Origin: a bacterium
Lineage (GTDB): Bacteria > Hinthialibacterota > Hinthialibacteria > Hinthialibacterales > Hinthialibacteraceae
Assembly: GCA_041946805.1 (NCBI GenBank)
Contig: JBHGBC010000155.1
Location: forward strand, 1 to 14,682
Direction of reading: 5' to 3'
DNA: 14,682 bases
The translations under genes were made by a program, and so were the position numbers. Positions 1-8,962 of the stretch are shown piece after piece; within the stretch, counting starts at the first letter, position 1, and each line of letters opens with the position of its first letter. The notes under the pieces were generated by a model, which was given only the letters and a program-made list of their open reading frames with translations, searched no databases and had not been told where the DNA came from.

Positions 1-1659
1 TTCAACCTGAGTCAAGCCTTCAAATCCCATTACGCCACATATACCTATGATACGGGAGACAAGGGATTTCTGATCAAACTGGTAAACACGCCATCGGCTT
101 ATTGGAGGATTTGCGCAAGTGAATATGGGACAGTCGGCCTCCGGCCATTTTTGACGGTGAAATGTGCGGCAACTGACTATGGAGTACATATTACTCCTAA
201 TGCTGACAATCCAGCCGTCCAAGGGTGGATGGAACGGTTAAATATGAGTGCCAATGGCGATAAATTTCAAATCGTAAGATATTTAGACGAAAAGTGGCAT
301 GTACCAATAGGCTGGCTTCCAACATTTTGTAATAATGCCAACAGCAAAGGATTGAAGGTATTCATCCATTCACCCGTGGCAGCAAATGTTTGTTATTCTA
401 ATCCACCCATGACATCAGCATCATCATATGCATGGCACATTTATGAATTGCTTTACAATGCCCGGACACAAATTGATCGAGGTGATGTAATTGCCATCGA
501 AATAGGTGGAGAAGAATCCGATTGGATCTATCCTGACAAAACATTCACAGATATTTGGTTTCCAGTCGGCTTTAATCCTCCGAATGATATGTGGTTTGGT
601 AATGCAGGAAGTGGCGCTAATTTTGCAGCATACTACTTGGCGTCCAGAGATATTATAAAGAACTCAACCTTTGCATCTTGGAAAAACATCCAGATTTGGA
701 GTGGAGGTTCTCCAGAAAAACATGAATCAATTGATTATAACCTAGATACAACAGCTGCGTGGGGGAATGCAAGTAATTTCATTGGTGGATTTATTGATGC
801 TGTTATATCCGTAAATCGGGAAAAACTGCCAGACGCAATTGCGATACATGGTTACACCGGAACAAAACCACCGGAATATACTGTAAATGCATCAGGTGTT
901 CAAGAATGGCCCAATCGGATCAAAACACTTTATGATATTTGCACTGCGAAAGGGTATATTCCCAATTTTGTAGTAACCGAATATGGATTTTCCCCAACAA
1001 ATAACGGATTCGGTCCAATAACGGGAGCATCCGAAATATCGCAGGCTGTTTATTATCTTCGTTCCTGCCTGATTAACTCTATCGTGCAGCCTTACAACGG
1101 AATCGGATGGCATATTAGCTCCTACTTTTTTCATCACATGACCGATTCTGCCAACAATCATGGTTTTCATAATATCGATAATGTGGATCCAATCGAATAT
1201 TATCCGCCTTACTACTTTGGATCAGGACGCGCGATTAAAGGCATATCGCGGGGTCTCTTCAATCCCTCCGCAACAGTTCCATTAAAATTGCGTGATTCCT
1301 CTACAAAAGTTTGGGTGCCTCTCGTAACTATATGGACGGATAGTACTATAAAAGGTACAGCTTATTGTGTTTGGGAAACCAGCACGGGAACCAAGTGGGG
1401 TGCGATCTGGCGATATGATCGCGGTGATTCTTATACTGATTTTTCCCCCACGAATAAAACATTTTGGGCTCCGCTAAGTTCAGAAGTATCAACAGTGACG
1501 AACCGGTATCAATTTTCAATTAGCACAGGTTCCGCGTCACTTACTCTAATTTCATCCACCGATATTGCCGGAGGTACGCCATCCAATGGAAAAATCCCTT
1601 TTGATATTCCCGGCGTGGATGAAAATCCTATCATTCTCGAATTTTTCCACGAACAATAG
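1..1659 (+). CDS. 5'-truncated large protein: end of a probable DNRLRE/CBM96-like domain followed by a clan GH-A-like (GH5/GH39-type) TIM-barrel domain and a beta-rich C-terminal region
   Basis: Frame 1 is open from base 1 (FNLSQAFKSHYATYTYDTGDKGFLIKLVNTPSAYWRICASEYGTVGLRPFLTV), so the TTG at 151 is not the true start. GFLIK...SE....RPFLTV resembles the end of DNRLRE-type domains. GH-A-like motifs occur in the expected order: IEIGGEE (acid/base position), DAIAIHGY, FVVTEYGF (nucleophile). Confidence 0.6.
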   Translation, partial: FNLSQAFKSHYATYTYDTGDKGFLIKLVNTPSAYWRICASEYGTVGLRPFLTVKCAATDYGVHITPNADNPAVQGWMERLNMSANGDKFQIVRYLDEKWHVPIGWLPTFCNNANSKGLKVFIHSPVAANVCYSNPPMTSASSYAWHIYELLYNARTQIDRGDVIAIEIGGEESDWIYPDKTFTDIWFPVGFNPPNDMWFGNAGSGANFAAYYLASRDIIKNSTFASWKNIQIWSGGSPEKHESIDYNLDTTAAWGNASNFIGGFIDAVISVNREKLPDAIAIHGYTGTKPPEYTVNASGVQEWPNRIKTLYDICTAKGYIPNFVVTEYGFSPTNNGFGPITGASEISQAVYYLRSCLINSIVQPYNGIGWHISSYFFHHMTDSANNHGFHNIDNVDPIEYYPPYYFGSGRAIKGISRGLFNPSATVPLKLRDSSTKVWVPLVTIWTDSTIKGTAYCVWETSTGTKWGAIWRYDRGDSYTDFSPTNKTFWAPLSSEVSTVTNRYQFSISTGSASLTLISSTDIAGGTPSNGKIPFDIPGVDENPIILEFFHEQ

Positions 1660-1670
1660 GAGATATAATC

Positions 1671-2708
1671 ATGAAAGCAATTTATAAAACAAATATTGTG
1701 CTTATTGTTCTTTCTTGTGCAATTTCAATTGCCCAGATAGCCAATTCACAAGTCAATCCTAAATATATTTTTAAGCATACGGATGTTAATGGTTATGTTG
1801 GAGGTCTTGCGTTTTCTCATGATCTCACAAAATTAATAACAACAGGGGGACAACATGCGATGATGTGGGATCTTATTACAGGCCAAAAAGTCATGACTTT
1901 CCCGCCCTACAGTGGCTATTATGCAATTGATTTTTCTCAAGATGATAAAAAAATTGTCACAAATCATGTCGATCATGCAACGGTAGCGATTTGGGATGCA
2001 CAAACCGGAGATGAAATAAAAACAATTCAAGGAGAAATTGATTCACGGCCTCCCAGCTGGTATACGGCAGTTACTTTTTCTCATGATGGAGAGAAAGTTC
2101 TTTGCGGAGATGAAAATGATAGTCTTTATGTACTTGATATCAACCAAGAAAAAGTAGTACAGAAATTCAGATATTTGGTTGGCTACATGGATAATATCCA
2201 AACATTTCCTGATGGGAACAGAGTTTTGGCTTCATTATCTATTGTATCACTACAAACAGGAGAAATTATCCACAAAATTGATAAATCACATCCTTTTCTA
2301 TCCTATGATGGGAGTGAGATATATGCATACGATTATGTTACCAGCAATCATAATGAACAATATATTCCCGTTGTCTTGAATGCGGACAATTTAGAAATTA
2401 AACGACAATATTCTTCATTTTCTTACATCCCATTATTTGACACATCACCCAATGGAAGATTTATTGCTGTTGCAGGTAAAGAAAAAGTTGACAGCGGAAA
2501 TAAGGTTACTCCTCAAATCTTCAATCTTATATCAAATAAGGAAGCACGGACAATCGCTGTGGAGGGAGTACCAGATAATGTATTTGATATGGTGAAATTC
2601 TCTCGCGATGGGAACATGGTTGCATTCGTTAAAGGTGATACAGTCTATCTCTACGACATCTCCGACCTCACCGCCGGGGTGAAAGAATCGGAAAACTTGC
2701 AGCCCTGA
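1671..2708 (+). CDS. Secreted WD40-repeat beta-propeller protein A (345 aa)
   Basis: AGGAGA RBS overlaps the upstream stop. The N-terminus is signal-peptide-like (MKAIYK + hydrophobic stretch + ANS|Q). Repeated (A/D/T)FSxDG/D...WD motifs: LAFSHD..MWDLITG, IDFSQD..IWDAQTG, VTFSHDG, TSPNGR, VKFSRDG..LYD. Confidence 0.9.
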   Translation: MKAIYKTNIVLIVLSCAISIAQIANSQVNPKYIFKHTDVNGYVGGLAFSHDLTKLITTGGQHAMMWDLITGQKVMTFPPYSGYYAIDFSQDDKKIVTNHVDHATVAIWDAQTGDEIKTIQGEIDSRPPSWYTAVTFSHDGEKVLCGDENDSLYVLDINQEKVVQKFRYLVGYMDNIQTFPDGNRVLASLSIVSLQTGEIIHKIDKSHPFLSYDGSEIYAYDYVTSNHNEQYIPVVLNADNLEIKRQYSSFSYIPLFDTSPNGRFIAVAGKEKVDSGNKVTPQIFNLISNKEARTIAVEGVPDNVFDMVKFSRDGNMVAFVKGDTVYLYDISDLTAGVKESENLQP

Positions 2709-2730
2709 TGGGGATTGAATGAGCAGGAGA

Positions 2731-2763
2731 CGCCCCGGGACTATCACCCGGGGCGGTTTCTTT
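2731..2763 (+). terminator. Rho-independent terminator after WD40-A
   Basis: Perfect 9-bp stem CGCCCCGGG / CCCGGGGCG with a 7-nt loop, followed by a T-rich run (GTTTCTTT). Confidence 0.75.
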
Positions 2764-2786
2764 ACCCCCCCATGCCGTAATCCGCC

Positions 2787-2873
2787 TCACACCGGCCGCA
2801 GGAGGGGGAAATAGACCGTGTTCTTGATGTTTTCCTCGTGGGTGGGGAGGGCCGCCCGGCGGCCGGCTGCCAT
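2787..2873 (-). pseudogene. lysS: Orphan copy of the last 28 codons of lysS
   Basis: Reads MAAGRRAALPTHEENIKNTVYFPLLRPV* versus the lysS end MGIDRLVSLLTNEENIKNTVYFPLMRPV*. Same length and no indels. Confidence 0.9.
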
Positions 2874-3065
2874 GGCAGGGATGGATTGCAGCCGGCGGAT
2901 CACCCTTCATCCCCATATCCCACACTGGCTTTGGTGGCGCGGTTTTCCCACATGAACGAATTGCAGTATTCGTACAGCACTATTTCAATAATTTTCATCG
3001 GATGCTCTTGCCTCAAATCCAGGGTGGAGATTCCGGTTGGCGTGGTAAAGGAAAGGAGAAACATC

Positions 3066-4127
3066 ATGAAACAGGATAGGCTAAAAATATTTGATACAAC
3101 CCGAATTACCTTAACCATTGTACTAGTCCCCATTTTCACCTTAACCGGTATCACCGAAGAGATGCCGCTGGTCAGCATTGTGGGTTCGGATGACGCCCGT
3201 TTCTTGTCGGTGGATATATCTTCTGATGGCCAGCGTATTGTTACGGGATCTACGGAACGATCGGAGATATGGGACGCGGTATCCGGTCAAAAAATACTGG
3301 AATACAATGGAATCTCAACAGTATCCACCATCGCATTTTCGCCCGATGGAAAATATGTGTTGTCCGGTGGCATTCCTTATTTGGCTAAATTATGGGATGC
3401 CACCACCGGTGAAACGCTTCGCGAGTTTCGAAGCCCTACCCCCGTAACCAAACCCTTTGGTTTGGGAGATATGACCCAAGTTGCATTTACAATGGATGGG
3501 AAGAAAGTAATTACCGAGGATCTTTACGGTCAATTTCAGGTATGGGAAGTGGATTCGGGCAAGGAATATCGTAATTTATTCCATACTATACAGCCTCGAG
3601 ACAGAGGTTTCATGCCCATGAAGAATAGTAACGAAATTCTTGTTCATTATAATGAAGTGCTCCAAATTTGGGATTTCGAGGAGAATAAGAAGATTTATGA
3701 ACTAGATAATGGATATATACCCCTTCCTAAATATTCAAATTATAGTCGAGATATGATATTATATACTACAATAACAGAACATATATTATTTGACATTTCA
3801 TTGGGTAAAGTGGTATTTGAAATGCCATTCTCTCAAGTTTCGTACCCAGAAACAAGCGCGGTTTCTTCTGACGGAAGAATAATAATATTTGGAGGAAGGT
3901 TGGTACCCAATGGTGACCGGAAAATATTTGTTAGCGATTCGAAAACGCCGGCCCGCGTGCTACCTCTCAAGACGGATAGCGAGAATTCACCCCATCAAGT
4001 GGATCGGGTAGTAAAAATATTCCCCGACGGAAAGAAATATCTAACCTTGAACGGAAACGCTGTACACATTTGGGACATCTCCGACCTCGCCTCAAGGGTG
4101 AAGGAATCGGAAAACTTGCAGCCCTGA
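3066..4127 (+). CDS. Secreted WD40-repeat beta-propeller protein B (353 aa)
   Basis: A strong RBS (AAGGAGAA) precedes ATG 3066, which is preferred over the GTG at 2838. Hydrophobic N-terminal segment. Motifs: VDISSDG..IWDAVSG, IAFSPDG..LWDATTG, VAFTMDG..VWEVDSG, IWDFE, AVSSDG, IFPDG..IWD. Ends DISDLASRVKESENLQP. Confidence 0.9.
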   Translation: MKQDRLKIFDTTRITLTIVLVPIFTLTGITEEMPLVSIVGSDDARFLSVDISSDGQRIVTGSTERSEIWDAVSGQKILEYNGISTVSTIAFSPDGKYVLSGGIPYLAKLWDATTGETLREFRSPTPVTKPFGLGDMTQVAFTMDGKKVITEDLYGQFQVWEVDSGKEYRNLFHTIQPRDRGFMPMKNSNEILVHYNEVLQIWDFEENKKIYELDNGYIPLPKYSNYSRDMILYTTITEHILFDISLGKVVFEMPFSQVSYPETSAVSSDGRIIIFGGRLVPNGDRKIFVSDSKTPARVLPLKTDSENSPHQVDRVVKIFPDGKKYLTLNGNAVHIWDISDLASRVKESENLQP

Positions 4128-4290
4128 TGGGGATTGTCCGAAAATGAGACTGCCCAGGGGTTTCTCTCCTGGGCTTTTTCTTTTCCCCCTTGCCGAACCC
4201 GCCTCACACCGGCCGCATCAGGGGGAAATAGACGGTGTTCTTGATGTTTTCCTCGTTAGTCAGCAGGGACACCAGGCGGTCGATGCCCAT
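4074..4290 (+). repeat. Direct repeat copy 2 (WD40 tail + terminator + functional lysS 3' end)
   Basis: Partner of 2655-2873, offset 1417-1419 bp. Confidence 0.95.
4152..4184 (+). terminator. Rho-independent terminator between convergent WD40-B and lysS
   Basis: GCCCAGG(GG) / (CT)CCTGGGC stem followed by TTTTTCTTTT. Confidence 0.75.
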
Positions 4291-5673
4291 CCCCCAGCCG
4301 GAGATGGGCGGCATGCCGTATTCCATGCAGCGGACGTAGTCCTCGTCGAAGGGCATGGCCTCGTCGTCGCCCGCGTCGCGCAGGCCCTGCTGTTCGAGCA
4401 GGCGGCGGCGCTGGTCCACCGGGTCCACCAGTTCCGAATAGGCGTTGATGATCTCTATGCCGGCCGCTACCAGTTGGAAGCGGTCGGTGACTCCGGGATT
4501 CGCGTCGTTGGCGCGCGCCAAGGGTGAGAGCTCGAGGGGATGCGCGGTCAAGAACAGCGGGGAGACGATATGCGGGCGGCAGGTTTTCTTGTAGAGCGCG
4601 TCCACCAGCGCGCCCCAGCCCAGAGCCGCCACGTCAATATCGGCCAGCGAAATGTTTTGGACCGCGGCGCGGCTCAGCAACTCCTCCTTGGTCTTGTAAG
4701 TCTCGATGTCGATTCCGGTCCCCTCCAAAATGACCTCGCGCATGCTCTGGCGGGGCCAGGGCGGGGTGAAGTCGATGGTCTGGCCCTGGTATTCCACCCG
4801 CAACGTCCCCAAGACCTTCTCGAAAACGGCGCACAGCAGCCGTTCGGTGAAGTCCATGTTGATTTCGTAATCCCAATACGCGGCGTAATACTCCAGCATG
4901 AGGAATTCCTGCAGGTGGGCGGTGGAGATGCCCTCGTTGCGGAAGCAGCGGGCGAACTCGAAGACGCGGTCGTAGCCGCCCACGATGAGGCGCTTGAGGT
5001 AGGTTTCGGGCGCGATGCGGAGATACACATCGATGTCCAGGGAGTTGTGATGGGTGATGAAGGGGCGGGCCATCGCTCCCGAGGGCTTGTTTTGGAGAAT
5101 GGGGGTTTCGACTTCCAAAAAATCGTTCGCTTCCAGGAAATGGCGGATTTCGCGGATCAGGCCGCGGCGGATCTCGAAGCGGCGGCGGGATTCGGGATTC
5201 ATGATCAGGTCGAGGTAGCGCTGGCGGTAGCAACTTTCCTGATCGGTGAGGCCGTGCCATTTTTCCGGGAGCGTCAACAAGGTTTTGGACAGCAGTTGGA
5301 AGGATTGGACGTTGATGGTCTTTTCGCCGGTCTTGGTGAGAAAGGTGGTCCCTTCCACTCCCACGAAGTCGCCGATATCGAGGTATTTCTTGAAGAACTC
5401 GTACCGTTCCTGCCCCAGTTCGTTGAGGGTGAAGCAGAGTTGGATCTTGGCCGCGGCGTCCTGGATGTGGGCGAAACTGAGTTTGCCCATCTTGCGGATG
5501 GCGATGATCCGCCCACCGACGCGGACGCCCGGATGGTCCACGGGCAGTTCCAGCGCCTGGAGGAGGGTGTGGGTGCGCTCAAAGCGTCCGGGATAGGGAT
5601 TGACGCCCTGGGCGCGCAATTGCTGGATGAGCTCGACGCGTTCGTCCCGGGTGCTTTTCTTGATATCGGTCAT
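4204..5673 (-). CDS. lysS: Lysine--tRNA ligase, class II (489 aa)
   Basis: N-terminal OB-fold anticodon domain (GRIIAIRKMGKLSFAHIQD, LDIGDFVGVEG). Also LPEKWHGLTDQE..YRQRYLDL, motif 1 FLEVETP, GAMARPFITHHN, LRIAPETYLKRLIVGG, motif 2 FRNEG and motif 3 YGMPPISGWGMGIDRL. Confidence 0.98.
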   Translation of the reverse strand: MTDIKKSTRDERVELIQQLRAQGVNPYPGRFERTHTLLQALELPVDHPGVRVGGRIIAIRKMGKLSFAHIQDAAAKIQLCFTLNELGQERYEFFKKYLDIGDFVGVEGTTFLTKTGEKTINVQSFQLLSKTLLTLPEKWHGLTDQESCYRQRYLDLIMNPESRRRFEIRRGLIREIRHFLEANDFLEVETPILQNKPSGAMARPFITHHNSLDIDVYLRIAPETYLKRLIVGGYDRVFEFARCFRNEGISTAHLQEFLMLEYYAAYWDYEINMDFTERLLCAVFEKVLGTLRVEYQGQTIDFTPPWPRQSMREVILEGTGIDIETYKTKEELLSRAAVQNISLADIDVAALGWGALVDALYKKTCRPHIVSPLFLTAHPLELSPLARANDANPGVTDRFQLVAAGIEIINAYSELVDPVDQRRRLLEQQGLRDAGDDEAMPFDEDYVRCMEYGMPPISGWGMGIDRLVSLLTNEENIKNTVYFPLMRPV

Positions 5674-5760
5674 GGTCTTTCGGGTCCTTTGGGATGAATC
5701 GAAAAATGGATAGCCGCCATCCGGGGCAGGGACATCCCGGTGTATCGCGTGAAGTGGAAG

Positions 5761-5766
5761 ATTATA
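5761..5766 (-). promoter_or_regulatory. Possible sigma70 -10 box for lysS
   Basis: Perfect TATAAT on the minus strand about 90 bp upstream of the lysS ATG. No convincing -35. Confidence 0.3.
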
Positions 5767-5959
5767 GAAGCGGGCCTGGCATCATTACAGTGGAGCGGGG
5801 ATGGGGGGAAGGAATCGCGTATGCCATGAATATCACGCATGGCGATACTCCCTGGTTTCGGATTCACCCCCCGAAGACCGGGGTGGGTCAGGAGGAAGTT
5901 GATTGTGCAGGGTGGGCTGAACTCCACATAATCCACTAACTCTAAGATTTCCAACAGAC

Positions 5960-6015
5960 GAATCCCCGAAGGGGATTCAAGATGATAGGAATTGCCGTAG
6001 GTTTTAACCTGCGGC
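5960..6015 (-). repeat. Two-hairpin REP-like palindromic element
   Basis: GAATCCCC-GAA-GGGGATTC (5960-5978) plus GCCGTAGGTT-TT-AACCTGCGGC (5994-6015). The reverse complement has the same layout as 7575-7630. Confidence 0.6.
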
Positions 6016-6148
6016 ATGATCTACCCGCCCAAAATGTAGTCATCCCCCCTTCCCTGGGGTATGATTCAATGCATCGTGTGGACGCAAGAAGGCAGGATCC
6101 GCTTTCCGCATGAATATCCAAGAACCGCCGGGAAATCCGGGAGACTCC

Positions 6149-7549
<1,401 letters not shown>

Positions 7550-7574
7550 TGGAGGTTCATCCCGGAGACATTTT

Positions 7575-7630
7575 GCCCAGGGTTGAAACCCTGGGCTGGG
7601 CTGCTACATGCGGCCCCTTGAAAGGGTCGC
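7575..7630 (+). repeat. Two-hairpin REP-like palindromic element
   Basis: Perfect inverted repeat GCCCAGGGTT-GA-AACCCTGGGC (7575-7596), then the hairpin GCGGCCCC-TTGAAA-GGGTCGC. Confidence 0.6.
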
Positions 7631-7658
7631 ATGGGATAGATGAGGTTCATGGATACGC

Positions 7659-7680
7659 GCAGGCAAGATGCCTGCACCAC
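7659..7680 (-). repeat. REP-like palindrome with GTGG foot
   Basis: The minus strand reads GTGG-T-GCAGGCA-TCT-TGCCTGC, a GTRG tetranucleotide followed by a hairpin, as in RAYT-associated REPs. Confidence 0.6.
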
Positions 7681-7688
7681 AAGGGGCT

Positions 7689-7725
7689 TTCCTTCACCCT
7701 GGCCCACCCCCAGAGGGAGAGGGGA
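7689..7725 (+). repeat. BoxC-like palindromic repeat, copy 1
   Basis: TTCCTTCACCCTGGCCCACCCCCAGAGGGAGAGGGGA; a related copy lies at 9024-9058. Confidence 0.65.
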
Positions 7726-7913
7726 TTTTTGGGGGCGGTTTTCATCGATCATTTCGTAGAACTGCAAACCGGCGGTCTGGAAAAAGTATATACTTGCCGG
7801 ATGAGCTCAGAAAATTTTCTCTCTCAATAAATCCCCGGGATTCCCGTTATACCTTGCAGAACGAATTACCAACATACCTCAAACGATAATTCCATTCAGA
7901 AAGGGGAATTCCG

Positions 7914-8888
7914 ATGAACCAGAAATGTGCAGCCGTGTATCTATTCGCCGGAGCGTTAGTGTTCGGCGCGATGGCCATGACGGGTTGGGCGCAGGATGGC
8001 GGCGGGCAGCCGGGCGGAGCGGGGACGGATATCGCTCTGCAACACCTGGAAGGCGCTCCCGGCGGGGGCGGTCTGGGCGAAGCGCCCCGGATGGATCCCC
8101 CCGCGGCCGGCCCGCGCGATCCGGCCGGGCCGGGGCCCCGCTTCGGCGGCGGATTTGGGCGCGGTGGCGGCCGGGGGCTGAGGGCGCAAGGGGATCAACC
8201 GCCCTTTGGACGTGGCAGGGATCAAGGCCCGGTGAATCGTGAATCCCAGCCTCCTTATGAGCCTGGTTTTCGCGGGGGAGAGAAGACCGAAGCCGGCGTG
8301 GCGAAATGTCCGTGCTGCGAGAATTGCCCCTACTGCCAGAGAGCCCGGGAAGGCTGCGGGGGTGGACAACCTGGCATCCAAGGTGAGCGTCAACGTCCCT
8401 TGGGTATGATGCGGCGCCTGCGGGAACGGAATCCGGAAGTGGCGCAAAAATGGATGGACGAGATGAAGGCGGGTGTGCCTCCCCGCCCCGCTTTTCGCCG
8501 GGCGTTGGAGGAAGCCGGTCCTGACGGCCCTTTCGAGAACGAACGCCCCGCGTTTGAACGGTTCCGCCGCTTTCTGCGGGAACGTCCAGGATTTGAAAGC
8601 CGGCGTCCGGAAGCCCGGGAACGGTTCGAACGGGAAAGCGCTGAACGGGAGCGGGAAGACAGGCAGCCTGGGAATCCGGAACGCGCGGCAGCCCGGGAAA
8701 TCCGGAAACATGTTCCGGAACGTGAGGACGCTCCGGCTCATTCCGGGGAGCTGGACGGCCAGATCGAGAGTTTGAATCAACGCCTGAACGCGTTGGAAGA
8801 GAAATTCGAGGTTTTAATGGAGAAACTGCCGAAGTGGGATTCTGTTCCACGCGAAGTACAGGAACACGAGGATAAAGATTCGGAGTAA
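7914..8888 (+). CDS. Secreted low-complexity protein (Gly/Pro/Arg/Glu-rich) with a Cys cluster and a C-terminal coiled coil (324 aa)
   Basis: AAGGGG RBS; signal peptide ending GWA|Q; KCPCCENCPYC motif; heptad stretch LDGQIESLNQRLNALEEKFEVL; followed by a strong terminator. Confidence 0.8.
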   Translation: MNQKCAAVYLFAGALVFGAMAMTGWAQDGGGQPGGAGTDIALQHLEGAPGGGGLGEAPRMDPPAAGPRDPAGPGPRFGGGFGRGGGRGLRAQGDQPPFGRGRDQGPVNRESQPPYEPGFRGGEKTEAGVAKCPCCENCPYCQRAREGCGGGQPGIQGERQRPLGMMRRLRERNPEVAQKWMDEMKAGVPPRPAFRRALEEAGPDGPFENERPAFERFRRFLRERPGFESRRPEARERFERESAEREREDRQPGNPERAAAREIRKHVPEREDAPAHSGELDGQIESLNQRLNALEEKFEVLMEKLPKWDSVPREVQEHEDKDSE

Positions 8889-8920
8889 TCACCTCCCCGC
8901 CCGCTTTCCAAGCCTGAAGT

Positions 8921-8962
8921 AAAAAAAGACCGGTCTTGCCCCTCTGGCAGGACCGGTTTTTT
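8921..8962 (+). terminator. Rho-independent terminator, possibly bidirectional
   Basis: A7 run, stem ACCGGTCTTGCC / GGCAGGACCGGT with a 5-nt loop, then a T run. Confidence 0.9.

Larger units (their letters stand above)
2655..2873 (+). repeat. Direct repeat copy 1 (WD40 tail + terminator + lysS 3'-end copy)
   Basis: 2655-2717 vs 4074-4136 match at 58/63; 2787-2839 vs 4204-4256 at 50/53; 2840-2873 vs 4257-4290 at 21/34 ungapped. The intervening terminator region is alignable but more diverged. Confidence 0.95.

Noticed and set aside
2838..3065. 76-aa N-terminal extension of WD40-B from the ORF track
   Set aside because: It starts inside the lysS relic with no well-placed RBS. ATG 3066 has a strong RBS and places the hydrophobic segment near the N-terminus.
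2655..4136. DGR template/variable repeat pair
   Set aside because: The mismatches are not confined to adenines of one copy (a/g, g/t, c/a, g/a, a/g), both copies are coding tails, and no reverse transcriptase is present in the window.
4204..5673. EF-P lysine ligase EpmA/GenX
   Set aside because: The protein has the full OB-fold anticodon-binding domain and LysRS length.
4144..5697. Long + strand ORFs (4144-4527, 4540-5697) and other overlapping frames
   Set aside because: They are antisense or alternate-frame shadows of GC-rich lysS with no recognisable motifs.
7830..7860. Sigma54 promoter upstream of the 7914 gene
   Set aside because: TTGCA is present at about 7854, but there is no GG at the required -24 spacing.
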